Shown: piece after piece, positions 10,029-18,286 of the stretch | Numbering within the stretch: position 1 is the stretch's first letter | How the letters are laid out: every line of letters begins with the position of its first letter | From: an uncultured delta proteobacterium | Lineage (GTDB): Bacteria > Desulfobacterota > Binatia > Binatales > Binataceae | DNA: 64,000 nt | Assembly: GCA_963711565.1 (NCBI GenBank) | Contig: CAVQEQ010000004.1 | Span: forward strand, 224,001 to 288,000 | Direction of reading: 5' to 3' | Translations under genes and position numbers: made by a program | Notes under the pieces: generated by a model | Databases searched by the model: none | What the model was told of the DNA's origin: nothing | What the model saw: the letters and a program-made list of their open reading frames with translations, nothing else

Positions 10029-10313
10029 ATGGACAAGCTCGAACGGATTGGCCATCTTATAGTCGAGGCGCGATCGAAGGCCAGATTGTTAGCGACTTTC
10101 GCACTCAAGCCGGAACTCAGAGTAAAGGCAGCGGATCTAATGAAACGTGTAAACGGGAGCCATCAGAAGCTTCAGACTTTGAGCCGAGCCTCTCAGGGAA
10201 ATGGAAAGGGGTTGGATCAGGCGAAGCTCGATCATGCCCTCGACGATTTGATCAAAACGTTTGAGGACGTCAACAGGAAGCTCGACGAGCTGATCGCCGA
10301 AGCCAAGGAATAA
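10029..10313 (+). CDS. Hypothetical helical/coiled-coil protein
   Basis: 94-aa ATG ORF with purine-rich RBS and amphipathic helical pattern. Confidence 0.55.
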   Translation: MDKLERIGHLIVEARSKARLLATFALKPELRVKAADLMKRVNGSHQKLQTLSRASQGNGKGLDQAKLDHALDDLIKTFEDVNRKLDELIAEAKE

Positions 10314-10402
10314 AGCCGGCGAGGGTTCGGCCCTTCGCCTGACAAGTTCCAACAGGGACGAAGAGCCGGGATTCTTCGCTTCGCGCTGAATGACACGAAA
10401 AT

Positions 10403-10472
10403 ACTGGGTGCAGGGCTCAGCCCTGCCGAAGGAAGCGTGAAACCCACCGCGGGTTTCACATTCGATAAAGCG
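10403..10472 (+). repeat. 70-bp double-hairpin intergenic repeat, family A copy 1
   Basis: ACTGGGTGCAGGGCTCAGCCCTGCCGAAGGAAGCGTGAAACCCACCGCGGGTTTCACATTCGATAAAGCG; near-identical copies at 24317, 38581 and 43105. Confidence 0.92.
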
Positions 10473-10473
10473 A

Positions 10474-11640
10474 TTATGCCTTGCTACAAACGTAAATCGC
10501 CGCCGGCTGGCCGAGTACCGATACGCGAATGATCTTGCTCGGCGCGATCTTGCGCGTGCGCTCGAGCTCGCGCATCAGCCGCCACTCCAACGTCAGCATC
10601 ACCATCATGCCGCCGCTCCTGAGCACCCGCGCGAACTCTTTGAACCACAGTGGATACAGCTTTCGATTCTCGCCGTGCGAGCCGTAGCGCAGTCCCCACG
10701 GCAAGTTGGTGACGATTTTACTTACACTCGCGTCGCCGAGCGGCAGCGCCCCAGCGTCCCAGTTTTCGAGCTGGATTGGCTTGTAGCGCGTGCCGACGTT
10801 GACGCGCGCCGCCGCGAGCGCCGCATGATCGCGATCGCTGCCCAGCAGCATTGCGTACCGTCCCAGATGGGCCCGCTCGATCAATATCGTGCCCGCGCCG
10901 CAGAACGGATCGAGCGCCACGTCGTCCTCGCGCGGCCCGGACAGCCACGCGAGCGCCGCCGCACTCGACGCGCGGAGCGACGCCGGGCGATGGGCACTCT
11001 TGTACTCGCGATGCCGCATCTTGTCGTCGCTGAGCCGCACGGTAAGAAAAAACTCGGCGTCGATCATCGTCGCCCACAACTCAACGTCGGCGTCCTCTTC
11101 TTCCAGCCGCCAGGTGTGATCGCTGCGCTCGAGAATCCCGCGCTCGACCGCGCGCTGAAAATCGACGCGCCGATATTCATGCTCACCGGCCATCCTGGCG
11201 ATCACGCGGAACTTGAGCCTGCGGCCCGCGCGCGTCCCCGGCGAGACTTTGACGCGCGCCGCCAGCGCCGCCTCGACCAGCGGCGCCTCGCGCGACGCGC
11301 CGCGAATCTTGTCCAGTTCTTTGTTCTCCGGCCCGATAGCGGCGCGGTAGCCGGCCAGTCCGAACAGATCTTCAGCCGTGCGCAGTACGGCCAGCTTCTC
11401 GGCCGCCGGCGCGAAAAAAATCGTCATCCCGGCGCGATCGGGCACCACGCGCCGCGTGATCTCTCTCGCGCCGCTGATTCGGCCCGCTATCTCGTCAGCC
11501 GCGATTCCCTCGAACCCCGGCTGCGTATGCGCGATGTAGAGATTAGGGCCAAAGCGTAGCGGATGCGGATGCGCGCGCTCGGGCGACGCCGCCTTGCGAT
11601 CGCGCCCGGTATTTCGATACGTCTGGCGCGCGCTAATCAA
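10474..11640 (-). CDS. THUMP-type SAM-dependent N-methyltransferase (Trm14/TrmN/RlmL-like)
   Basis: HTQPGFEGIAADEI, HRPASLRASSAAAL, LDPFCGAGTILIE, IVTNLPWG. Start codon uncertain. Confidence 0.8.
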   Translation of the reverse strand: MISARQTYRNTGRDRKAASPERAHPHPLRFGPNLYIAHTQPGFEGIAADEIAGRISGAREITRRVVPDRAGMTIFFAPAAEKLAVLRTAEDLFGLAGYRAAIGPENKELDKIRGASREAPLVEAALAARVKVSPGTRAGRRLKFRVIARMAGEHEYRRVDFQRAVERGILERSDHTWRLEEEDADVELWATMIDAEFFLTVRLSDDKMRHREYKSAHRPASLRASSAAALAWLSGPREDDVALDPFCGAGTILIERAHLGRYAMLLGSDRDHAALAAARVNVGTRYKPIQLENWDAGALPLGDASVSKIVTNLPWGLRYGSHGENRKLYPLWFKEFARVLRSGGMMVMLTLEWRLMRELERTRKIAPSKIIRVSVLGQPAAIYVCSKA

Positions 11641-11651
11641 TTCTCAACCCG

Positions 11652-12215
11652 CTACTTCGAGCGTGACAGGTACTCGTGCGTCTCGGTGTTGATCGTGATC
11701 ATGTCGCCCTCGGCGACGAAATGCGGCACGTTGATTACCATCCCGGTCTCGAGCGTCGCGGGCTTCAGCGTGTTGTTCACCGCCGCCGTCTTCATCCCCG
11801 GGTCGGTCTGCACCACCTTGAGCGCGACCGTCTTGGGCAGAGTCACGTTGAGGGGAGTCGTCTCGTAGAACTCGACTTCGACTTCGAGGTTCGGCGTCAG
11901 GAATCCGACCACGTCCTCGATCAGTTCCTTGGGAATCGTAATCTGCTCGTAGTTCTCGGTGTTCATGAAATGGAAATCGTCGCCGTCCTGGTAGAGGAAC
12001 TGCATCTTGCTCTGATTCAGGATGACCCGCTCGACGCGGTCTTCCGAGCGGAACCGGTTCTCGGTCTGCGAGCCCGTCTTGACGTTGCGCAGCTTGGTCT
12101 GCACCATCCCGCGCCAGTTACCGGGGGTGATATGCGTGATCGTCATTATCCGCCACAGGTCCTTGTTGTATTCGACAATCATACCAGGGCGCAGTTGCGT
12201 CGCTTGAATCAGCAT
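11652..12215 (-). CDS. efp: Translation elongation factor P
   Basis: LRPGM, TPGNWRG loop, KLRNVKTG, QFLYQDGDDFHFMNTENYEQI, KPATLETG, VPHFV. Confidence 0.95.
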   Translation of the reverse strand: MLIQATQLRPGMIVEYNKDLWRIMTITHITPGNWRGMVQTKLRNVKTGSQTENRFRSEDRVERVILNQSKMQFLYQDGDDFHFMNTENYEQITIPKELIEDVVGFLTPNLEVEVEFYETTPLNVTLPKTVALKVVQTDPGMKTAAVNNTLKPATLETGMVINVPHFVAEGDMITINTETHEYLSRSK

Positions 12216-12301
12216 CGTGTGAACACTCTCGATAAAGAACGAAGGTTAAGAAGCGAATATTACGCAACCCCGCCGCGCGCGGCAAGTTCGCGCCGGCGCC
12301 G

Positions 12302-12360
12302 GGTACTGTCTAAATTTGAGGCTGAGTATCTGAATTTGAAAACGCGAGTGTCTTATTTTG
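12302..12360 (+). repeat. 59-bp IS-end-like sequence with three internal subrepeats, copy 1
   Basis: GGTACTGTCTAAATTTGAGGCTGAGTATCTGAATTTGAAAACGCGAGTGTCTTATTTTG; direct repeat at 12923 (offset 621). Confidence 0.8.
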
Positions 12361-12709
12361 ATTTGAGGCGGGGATCGTCGGTCGAAATGCAGAGCGCTTC
12401 CGTCGCGTATTCGAATTGGTCAGCGACCAGAAACTCTGAATCCGAGAAGTTATCGGGCGAGAGGCCCTGACGTTGCTCCGCTAGATGATGCTGTTCATCC
12501 ATATTCGTCGTCGCTGTATCCAGATTTTTCTTTTTGGCAGCTTCACACGCCTGCGCTGAATCGTAAGAATTCCGAATTGTCCACTGATTGAGTGGCGCGT
12601 TGTCATTCGGTGGCGCGGTGCTGGCGCCGATCGAACGTGGCGGACCTGGTGGCGGCGCTATCAGAACCCAGCCCACAAGCGCGAGCGCGGCAACGTGACA
12701 GGGTTTCAT
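12353..12709 (-). CDS. Small secreted two-Cys protein (MKPxHxAALALVGW...SYDSAQACE...CISTDDPRLK type)
   Basis: Signal peptide and two Cys; lower GC; the stop codon lies inside the third subrepeat of the IS-end-like sequence. Confidence 0.7.
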   Translation of the reverse strand: MKPCHVAALALVGWVLIAPPPGPPRSIGASTAPPNDNAPLNQWTIRNSYDSAQACEAAKKKNLDTATTNMDEQHHLAEQRQGLSPDNFSDSEFLVADQFEYATEALCISTDDPRLKSK

Positions 12710-12719
12710 AACCCATGAT

Positions 12720-12922
12720 TTAACCGTAATGCTCTGCGGTGTTCCATAGGCGCATCAGGCTTTTACGGTCATCATCATGGAATGCTGCACGCAGCTTGTC
12801 GAATAGTCCCGGCTCGAAGCGATAAAGCGCTTCCTTCCTGAAGCCGACTGAATCGCGGTCGCCCTCCCTACGTACCTCAACCGCACGACCCCAATCCGAA
12901 ATGGAAACGAGCTTGATCGGTT
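12720..12922 (-). pseudogene. 3' remnant of an unknown gene, truncated by the second IS-end-like repeat
   Basis: The first ~20 codons of ORF 12720-12983 are just the repeat sequence; the rest reads like a protein C-terminus. Confidence 0.45.
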
Positions 12923-12981
12923 GGTACTGTCTTAATTCGGGTCTGAGTGTCGGAATTTGAAATCGCGAGTGTCGTAATTTC
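12923..12981 (+). repeat. 59-bp IS-end-like sequence, copy 2
   Basis: GGTACTGTCTTAATTCGGGTCTGAGTGTCGGAATTTGAAATCGCGAGTGTCGTAATTTC; subrepeat spacing 20/22 bp as in copy 1. Confidence 0.8.
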
Positions 12982-13246
12982 AAGGCGCAGGGTAAATGCG
13001 ATTCCTGCTACTGTCTTGCAGCAGAGGGTCGAGCAATGTCGGGTGAATAGTCAGCAATCCGCAGAGAATGCACACCGCACCTAAGAAATACGTGAATAGA
13101 ACGACTGCCCTTTTGCCGAACATCTCTTTGAGACAGGCCTGTGAGTACCATAGGTCAAGCGGCCTCTTGATCGGGGGATCGACCAACCAGCGCCAGCGAA
13201 AGAACGCCCCACACCAAAGGAAGACGCCTACAGCGATGAGAAACAT
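12980..13246 (-). CDS. Small two-TM membrane protein (immunity-protein-like)
   Basis: MFLIAVGVFLWCGAFFRWRWL...GKRAVVLFTYFLGAVCILCGLL; lower GC; stop abuts the repeat. Confidence 0.55.
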   Translation of the reverse strand: MFLIAVGVFLWCGAFFRWRWLVDPPIKRPLDLWYSQACLKEMFGKRAVVLFTYFLGAVCILCGLLTIHPTLLDPLLQDSSRNRIYPAP

Positions 13247-13303
13247 ATTTTCACCAGACCACAAGCGCGAGCGCGGTTGCGTGGCGGGGCCTCATCGCGC
13301 GCA

Positions 13304-14725
13304 CTAAGGAAGCAGCTTGCTGTACCACGGCCTCGACGGCGGAGTCGTGGCGTATGGCGGCGGGTATCCATACGGATTCGGCGCGTAGTAGGGCGAGTGC
13401 AGATACGCCGGGTCGGTTCCGTACGGCGCTGGGTACATCGGCGGATTGCGATACTCGGTCATCCCGCTGCCGCCGCCGACCGTATCCACCGACGCCTCGA
13501 CGAAATCAGTGCCGTTGCCGTATGCGCGAATCCTCGCGTCGCTGCCCGCCGGCATCGGGAACGTCACGTCGAACGCGCTGTAGCCGGTGGGGCTGATCGC
13601 GATCGGCTCGGCCAGCCGCCCGTTGACGTAAACCCCCGCATGACGCACGCCGGGCCCCGCAACCTGCCCGACCACTTCGACGTTGCCTGGCGCCGCCATC
13701 GATTCTTCGGCGTCGATAATGTTGATCTGCACGTTCGTCAGCGGTCCGAGCGACGAGTTCGCGTCGATATGACGGCGCGACGGCGAATCTTCGTCATCCG
13801 CGCCTGGAATCTCGGCCGTGTTGTCGCCCCGCGAGGGACCCGCCGACGCGATCGGGCTGTCCGCCAACGGCCCCGCCTCGCCCGACGACGCGCTCGCGCC
13901 CGGCTCGACTTCAATCAGCTCCTCGCTCCCGCGCATCGCGCCGACCCCTTCCGGGTCGGGCGAGACCAGTGCCTGCGCCTCGCGGCCGTAAACGTCCTCG
14001 ACGCGAATCGCCTGCGTCAGCGTCGGCTGGTCAATCGAAAAATCGAAATTGAGTCGCTGCTCGCCGGGCGTACTCGCGACGTCGATATCCTTGCTCTTCG
14101 TGTCGCCGTCGAAAATTCCCGCCGACTTGAGATCGGTGCCTTCCAGGTAGCCCTTCACCCGCACCATTGCGCCCACGAAGACCCGCGATTCGATTTTGAC
14201 CTTCGGAGCAGCCGGCATCGCTTCTCCGGCCGGCGGCGAGACCGACGAGTGCGACGCGGGCATCTCGCTGCTCGCTACAGACCCCTTCGCTGCGGGCACC
14301 TGCTTTTCGAGCGCCGCAATCTTCTCGCGGATTGAGGTCCACTGCTCAGGATACTGGCCGCCCGCAATCTTCGCCGCCGCTTCTATCTTGTCGCGATCGC
14401 CGAGCACCGCCGCCATCGCATTTGCCGCCGCGGCGCTGTCATTTGCACCCAGCGCGGTGGACAGCGTTTGCGCATCGCCCGCAAGGCTGGCGGCAGGAGC
14501 CAGGATTGGACCGGAGTTACCGGACGCGTTGATGGCATTGAGCATCGAGAAGGCATGATCGCTCAACTCGAGCGCCTGCGATTGTGCGTCCTGCGCGCAG
14601 GATTGCCGCGGTCCGATTCCCACCGCAAACAGCGCACAGACAAAAATCGTCGCCGCGATCCGTCCGCCGACGGACCCGATTCGCGCCACGAGCGCGCCGC
14701 TTCGATGCGCGACGAAATCGATCAC
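13304..14725 (-). CDS. Hypothetical exported protein (helical N-terminus, two Ig-like beta regions, Pro/Tyr tail)
   Basis: 473-aa ORF with genome-like codon usage and a signal-like hydrophobic segment. Confidence 0.65.
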   Translation of the reverse strand: MIDFVAHRSGALVARIGSVGGRIAATIFVCALFAVGIGPRQSCAQDAQSQALELSDHAFSMLNAINASGNSGPILAPAASLAGDAQTLSTALGANDSAAAANAMAAVLGDRDKIEAAAKIAGGQYPEQWTSIREKIAALEKQVPAAKGSVASSEMPASHSSVSPPAGEAMPAAPKVKIESRVFVGAMVRVKGYLEGTDLKSAGIFDGDTKSKDIDVASTPGEQRLNFDFSIDQPTLTQAIRVEDVYGREAQALVSPDPEGVGAMRGSEELIEVEPGASASSGEAGPLADSPIASAGPSRGDNTAEIPGADDEDSPSRRHIDANSSLGPLTNVQINIIDAEESMAAPGNVEVVGQVAGPGVRHAGVYVNGRLAEPIAISPTGYSAFDVTFPMPAGSDARIRAYGNGTDFVEASVDTVGGGSGMTEYRNPPMYPAPYGTDPAYLHSPYYAPNPYGYPPPYATTPPSRPWYSKLLP

Positions 14726-14743
14726 CCCTCTCGACCTGCGGGG

Positions 14744-14881
14744 CTACGGCGATTGCCGGTAGCGTTCAGCCGTTTGCTTTATCTGGCGAGAGAGCTTCAG
14801 GAATATCTCTCCCTCGTCGTAGATGAAGAGTGCGAGAGCGCCGCCGGCGCCGACAATCAGACCGAGGATAAACGCGCCCAT
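14744..14881 (-). CDS. 45-aa single-TM small protein (YtxH-like N-terminus), not in the ORF track
   Basis: GGAGGAG RBS, then MGAFILGLIVGAGGALALFIYDEGEIFLKLSRQIKQTAERYRQSP*. Confidence 0.7.
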   Translation of the reverse strand: MGAFILGLIVGAGGALALFIYDEGEIFLKLSRQIKQTAERYRQSP

Positions 14882-14944
14882 AAGTTCGCTCCTCCGGTAG
14901 CCCGAATTATATTCAAATTCGCGCAGTTACGCCTACCGGAAAAA

Positions 14945-15000
14945 ACCTCGTCCTAATCCTCCTAATCCGGTTCCCCTTGCAGGGGAAGCGATTAGGTTCC
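14945..15000 (-). repeat. Degenerate palindromic repeat related to family B
   Basis: Minus strand GGAACCTAATCGCTTCCCCTGCAAGGGGAACCGGATTAGG shares AACCTAA...AAGGGGAAC with the copies at 26581 and 44726. Confidence 0.45.
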
Positions 15001-15003
15001 CTG

Positions 15004-15529
15004 GGTACTGGCTGAATTCAGTTGATGGGCTTACTGTCGGCGTGAGGTGCGTCGCGCGCCGCTTGACGACGATCCGCAATGAAAAGTAGTTAATTGAATG
15101 ACATCGCATCGAAAAATCCCCAGGACTACGGCAAGGAAATTGTGAAAGCAACCACGATCATGTTCCTGGCGCTCGCGATTACGATTTCGGGGTGCAGCGA
15201 CGCCGCGGAAGACAATCAAGCGATGCAGGCTGCTGCGGAAAATAATCAGGCGCGCAGCGACATGATACAGGCGAAAGACGCTTACACTAAATGCCTACAA
15301 GAAAACAGCGCGGAGACGCAGAAGTGCGCTGGATTCAAGGAGGCGTACGAGGTCAACTTACAGGCATATCGAGCGACTTCGGGGGAGGGGGGAGGCGCGA
15401 GCGTCATTTTTAACGGACCTACCGTGAACTCAAACCAACCTTCAAAACCTCAACAATTGGAAGAACAGCGTCAGCAGATCCAGCAATTGAAAGAACAACA
15501 GGAAACTGAATAGCTCAGACTGTCCTACC
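15004..15529. mobile_element. Non-autonomous single-gene cassette with GGTA...TACC ends and an imperfect 8-bp target duplication
   Basis: Left end GGTACTGGCTGAATTCAG, right end TCAGACTGTCCTACC; flanks GTTCCCTG (14996-15003) and GTTCCTTG (15530-15537); lower-GC interior. Confidence 0.55.
15142..15513 (+). CDS. Small lipoprotein, Gln-rich C-terminus
   Basis: AAGGA plus GTG start; lipobox ITISG-C; YTKCLQEN...QKCAGFKEAYE Cys pair. Confidence 0.7.
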   Translation: MKATTIMFLALAITISGCSDAAEDNQAMQAAAENNQARSDMIQAKDAYTKCLQENSAETQKCAGFKEAYEVNLQAYRATSGEGGGASVIFNGPTVNSNQPSKPQQLEEQRQQIQQLKEQQETE

Positions 15530-15583
15530 GTTCCTTGCCGCGCAGTACGCAACGCCGCCACTTTCCAGTATCTTGATTCTATC

Positions 15584-16522
15584 GTGCCGCATTCCGAATC
15601 TACCGACATCCCGCCAGCTGGCGTTCTCGCCCTCGACGGCCGCATCGTCGTCCGCGTGACCGGCGACGATCGCGCGTCGTTTTTCCACGGGATGTGCACT
15701 GCCGACGTGAAGGGCGCGCGCTTCGGTTCAATCCTGCCGGCGCTTTTTCTCACCGAGCATGCGCACGTAATCGCCGATGCGTTCATCTGGGTGACGCCTG
15801 CCGCGCTCCTGCTCGACATCGACGCCGACGCATGGACGCGCACGCGCGCGCATCTCGAAAAATTACTCGTCGCCGACGATGTGGAATTCGAAGACGCCGC
15901 AGACCTCGCCGTCATCAACGTCGAAGGACCTGCCGCCCTCGATGCAACCGCCAAATCGCCGCGCACGCCCTGGAGCTTCATCAAGGCCGGCAGCTCGCTG
16001 GTCGGCAACCTGCCACGCTACGGCGGCTCCGCGGTATCTGTCATCGCTCCGCGCGATTCGATTGATTCGACTATCGCCGCAATTCTCGCGAAGGTGCCGC
16101 ATTCGCGCCGCAGCGATCTCGCGATGCTCGAGACCATTCGCATCGAAAACGGCATCGCCCGCGTCGGCGTCGATACCACCGACAAAACCATCGCGCTCGA
16201 AGCGCGCCTCAATCGCTCGATCTCGTTCAACAAGGGATGCTACCTCGGCCAGGAAACCATCGAGCGCGCGACCGCCCGCGGCGGTTTGAAAAAACGGATG
16301 TTCGGACTTAAGTTCAATACTGCGGACGTGCCGAACGCCGGTGCGGTCCTCAGTCTGGACGGCAAGGAAGTCGGCCGCGTGAGCAGCAGTGTGCGTTCGC
16401 CGCGCTTCGGCGCGATCGGGCTTGCGATCCTGCATCACAGTGCATGGACGCTCGGCATCGAGCTGAAAGTGGGCGAGGGCGGCGGTGCAATCGTAACCGA
16501 GTTGCCGTTCGCGCAGAGTTGA
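15584..16522 (+). CDS. ygfZ: Folate-binding YgfZ/GcvT-family Fe-S/tRNA-modification factor
   Basis: VTGDDRASFFHGMCT and signature SFNKGCYLGQE. Confidence 0.9.
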   Translation: MPHSESTDIPPAGVLALDGRIVVRVTGDDRASFFHGMCTADVKGARFGSILPALFLTEHAHVIADAFIWVTPAALLLDIDADAWTRTRAHLEKLLVADDVEFEDAADLAVINVEGPAALDATAKSPRTPWSFIKAGSSLVGNLPRYGGSAVSVIAPRDSIDSTIAAILAKVPHSRRSDLAMLETIRIENGIARVGVDTTDKTIALEARLNRSISFNKGCYLGQETIERATARGGLKKRMFGLKFNTADVPNAGAVLSLDGKEVGRVSSSVRSPRFGAIGLAILHHSAWTLGIELKVGEGGGAIVTELPFAQS

Positions 16523-16560
16523 AGTGATACTTTGATTTTATTTTCAAGGGAGTTCAGAAG

Positions 16561-16704
16561 ATGGCTAACGTGCTCGGCAAGCGTTACATGTGCGAACACT
16601 GCGGCACCGAGGTGCTCTGCAACAAGGCCGGCACCGGCGGCCTCGAATGTTGCGACGTCGAGATGAAGATCAAGGAAGCCAAACCGCTTCCGAGTTCCGA
16701 CTAG
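16561..16704 (+). CDS. 47-aa desulforedoxin-like (CxxC...CC) protein with C-terminal KPLPSSD tail, not in the ORF track
   Basis: AAGGGAG RBS, then MANVLGKRYMCEHCGTEVLCNKAGTGGLECCDVEMKIKEAKPLPSSD*. Confidence 0.85.
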   Translation: MANVLGKRYMCEHCGTEVLCNKAGTGGLECCDVEMKIKEAKPLPSSD

Positions 16705-16713
16705 GACGACTCG

Positions 16714-18273
16714 GTGGTAAGCGCGCCCGGGAAAGCAGACCTGGTTCTGCACGAGGGTCTCGTCCTCGGCCACCCCGGCAGCGACTCGGTTGCAATCTCG
16801 CGCGGCTCGATTGCCGCGCACGGTGCATTCGCTGATCTGAAACCGCTGGTCGGTCCGCGAACTCATCTGATCAAGCTCGCCGGCCGCACCGTCGCCCCCG
16901 GCTTCATCGATTCGCATCTCCATTTTCGCGAGGCCGCCGCCGCTGCCACCGGAATTTCCGTGCAGCGATGCCGCACTGTCGGCGATCTGCTGGCCGACCT
17001 GCGGCTTGCCGCAGGCAAGACTCCGCCCGGCAACTGGATGCGCGCGTTCGGATGCGACGAAGCGTTGCTGCTGGACAGGCGCGGACCCACGCGCGCCGAG
17101 CTCGACGAATCGTTACCCAAGAATCCCCTGCGTCTCCGCCATCAGACCCTCCACGCCACGTGGCTGAATTCGCGCGCGATCGCACTGCTGGGCCTCGAGG
17201 CTCCCGGCTTCACTCCGCCGCTCGGCGCCAACATGGTCCGCGACGCTGCGGGTAAGCTCACCGGCCTTCTGGTCGGGATGGAGACGTGGCTGTCGGATCA
17301 TCTACCGCCCGTGACCGCGGCGGAAGCGGAATCGCGCGCGCGCATCATGAGCCGCGAGATGGCTGCGGCCGGAGTCACCGCGTTTACCGATGCCACCACG
17401 CGCAACGGTCCCGTCGAAGTCGAACAGTTCGCCAAGCTCGCGCAATCGAACGCGATATGCCAGCGCGTCGGGGTGATGATTGGCGGCCAGCATCTCGACT
17501 CCGCCGATCGATGCGAGCAGCTTGCTCGCGCCGCCGGGATCGCTCTTGCCGGCGCCAAGTTCATGCCCGGTTATCAGTACGACCCCGCCGGCCTGTCGCG
17601 GCCCGTCCTCCGCGCGCTCGAGCGCGGATTCGATTGCGCGTTCCACGTCACGGAAATCGAAGAGCTGGAAGAGTCGATTGCCGCTATCGAAGCTGCCAAA
17701 GCGCAGTTTTCCGGCGCACACGAGATCCCGCGCTTTCGGATCGAGCACGGCGGGATCATCACGCCCAACTACATCGACCGGCTGATGGCCGCCGGCGTGT
17801 GGGTCGTCACCAATCCCGGCTTCATCCACTTCCGCGGTCCCAAGTACGCCGCCGAGCCCGGCCTCGTCGCTCATCTGTATCGCGCGCGCAGTCTCAAAGA
17901 TGCCAATGTCCACCTGGTCGGCGCGACCGACGCGCCGGTGACGCCCGCGAAGCCGCTCGCTGCGATTGCCGCCGCCGTTTCGCGCACCTCGATCGACGGC
18001 GTCGAGCTCGCACCCGCCGAGGCGCTCTCGATGCATGACGCCTTCGCGCTCTTCACATCCGAAGCGGCGCGCCTCGCCCGTCTCGAGGCCGGCGTTATCG
18101 AGCCCGATCACCTGGCCGATCTGATCGTGCTGCCGCGCGACCCGTTCTCGCTGAATGCCGCCGATCTGATGAACCTCGTCGTCAACATAACCATCGTCGG
18201 CGGCCGTGTCGTTTACGAGCGCGGCCGTCCCGCCATCGCCAGCAGCGACAGCGCCGACCTGCGCTCCACCTGA
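16714..18273 (+). CDS. Metal-dependent amidohydrolase (Amidohydro_3 / YtcJ-like)
   Basis: PGFIDSHLHF, FHVTE, RIEHG, GATDAPV, LADLIVL, TIVGGRVVYE. Confidence 0.85.
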   Translation: MVSAPGKADLVLHEGLVLGHPGSDSVAISRGSIAAHGAFADLKPLVGPRTHLIKLAGRTVAPGFIDSHLHFREAAAAATGISVQRCRTVGDLLADLRLAAGKTPPGNWMRAFGCDEALLLDRRGPTRAELDESLPKNPLRLRHQTLHATWLNSRAIALLGLEAPGFTPPLGANMVRDAAGKLTGLLVGMETWLSDHLPPVTAAEAESRARIMSREMAAAGVTAFTDATTRNGPVEVEQFAKLAQSNAICQRVGVMIGGQHLDSADRCEQLARAAGIALAGAKFMPGYQYDPAGLSRPVLRALERGFDCAFHVTEIEELEESIAAIEAAKAQFSGAHEIPRFRIEHGGIITPNYIDRLMAAGVWVVTNPGFIHFRGPKYAAEPGLVAHLYRARSLKDANVHLVGATDAPVTPAKPLAAIAAAVSRTSIDGVELAPAEALSMHDAFALFTSEAARLARLEAGVIEPDHLADLIVLPRDPFSLNAADLMNLVVNITIVGGRVVYERGRPAIASSDSADLRST

Positions 18274-18286
18274 TGGCTTCGTGCTG

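Noticed and set aside
9987-10325. CCGGCGA on both sides of the 10029 ORF as an insertion duplication
   Set aside because: Only 7 bp and GC-rich; expected by chance.
12302-12981. The 59-bp repeats as integron attC sites
   Set aside because: They are made of direct subrepeats, lack RYYYAAC/GTTRRRY palindromic boxes, and no intI is present.
12923-12983. N-terminus of ORF 12720-12983 as a real protein start
   Set aside because: It is the translation of the 59-bp repeat.
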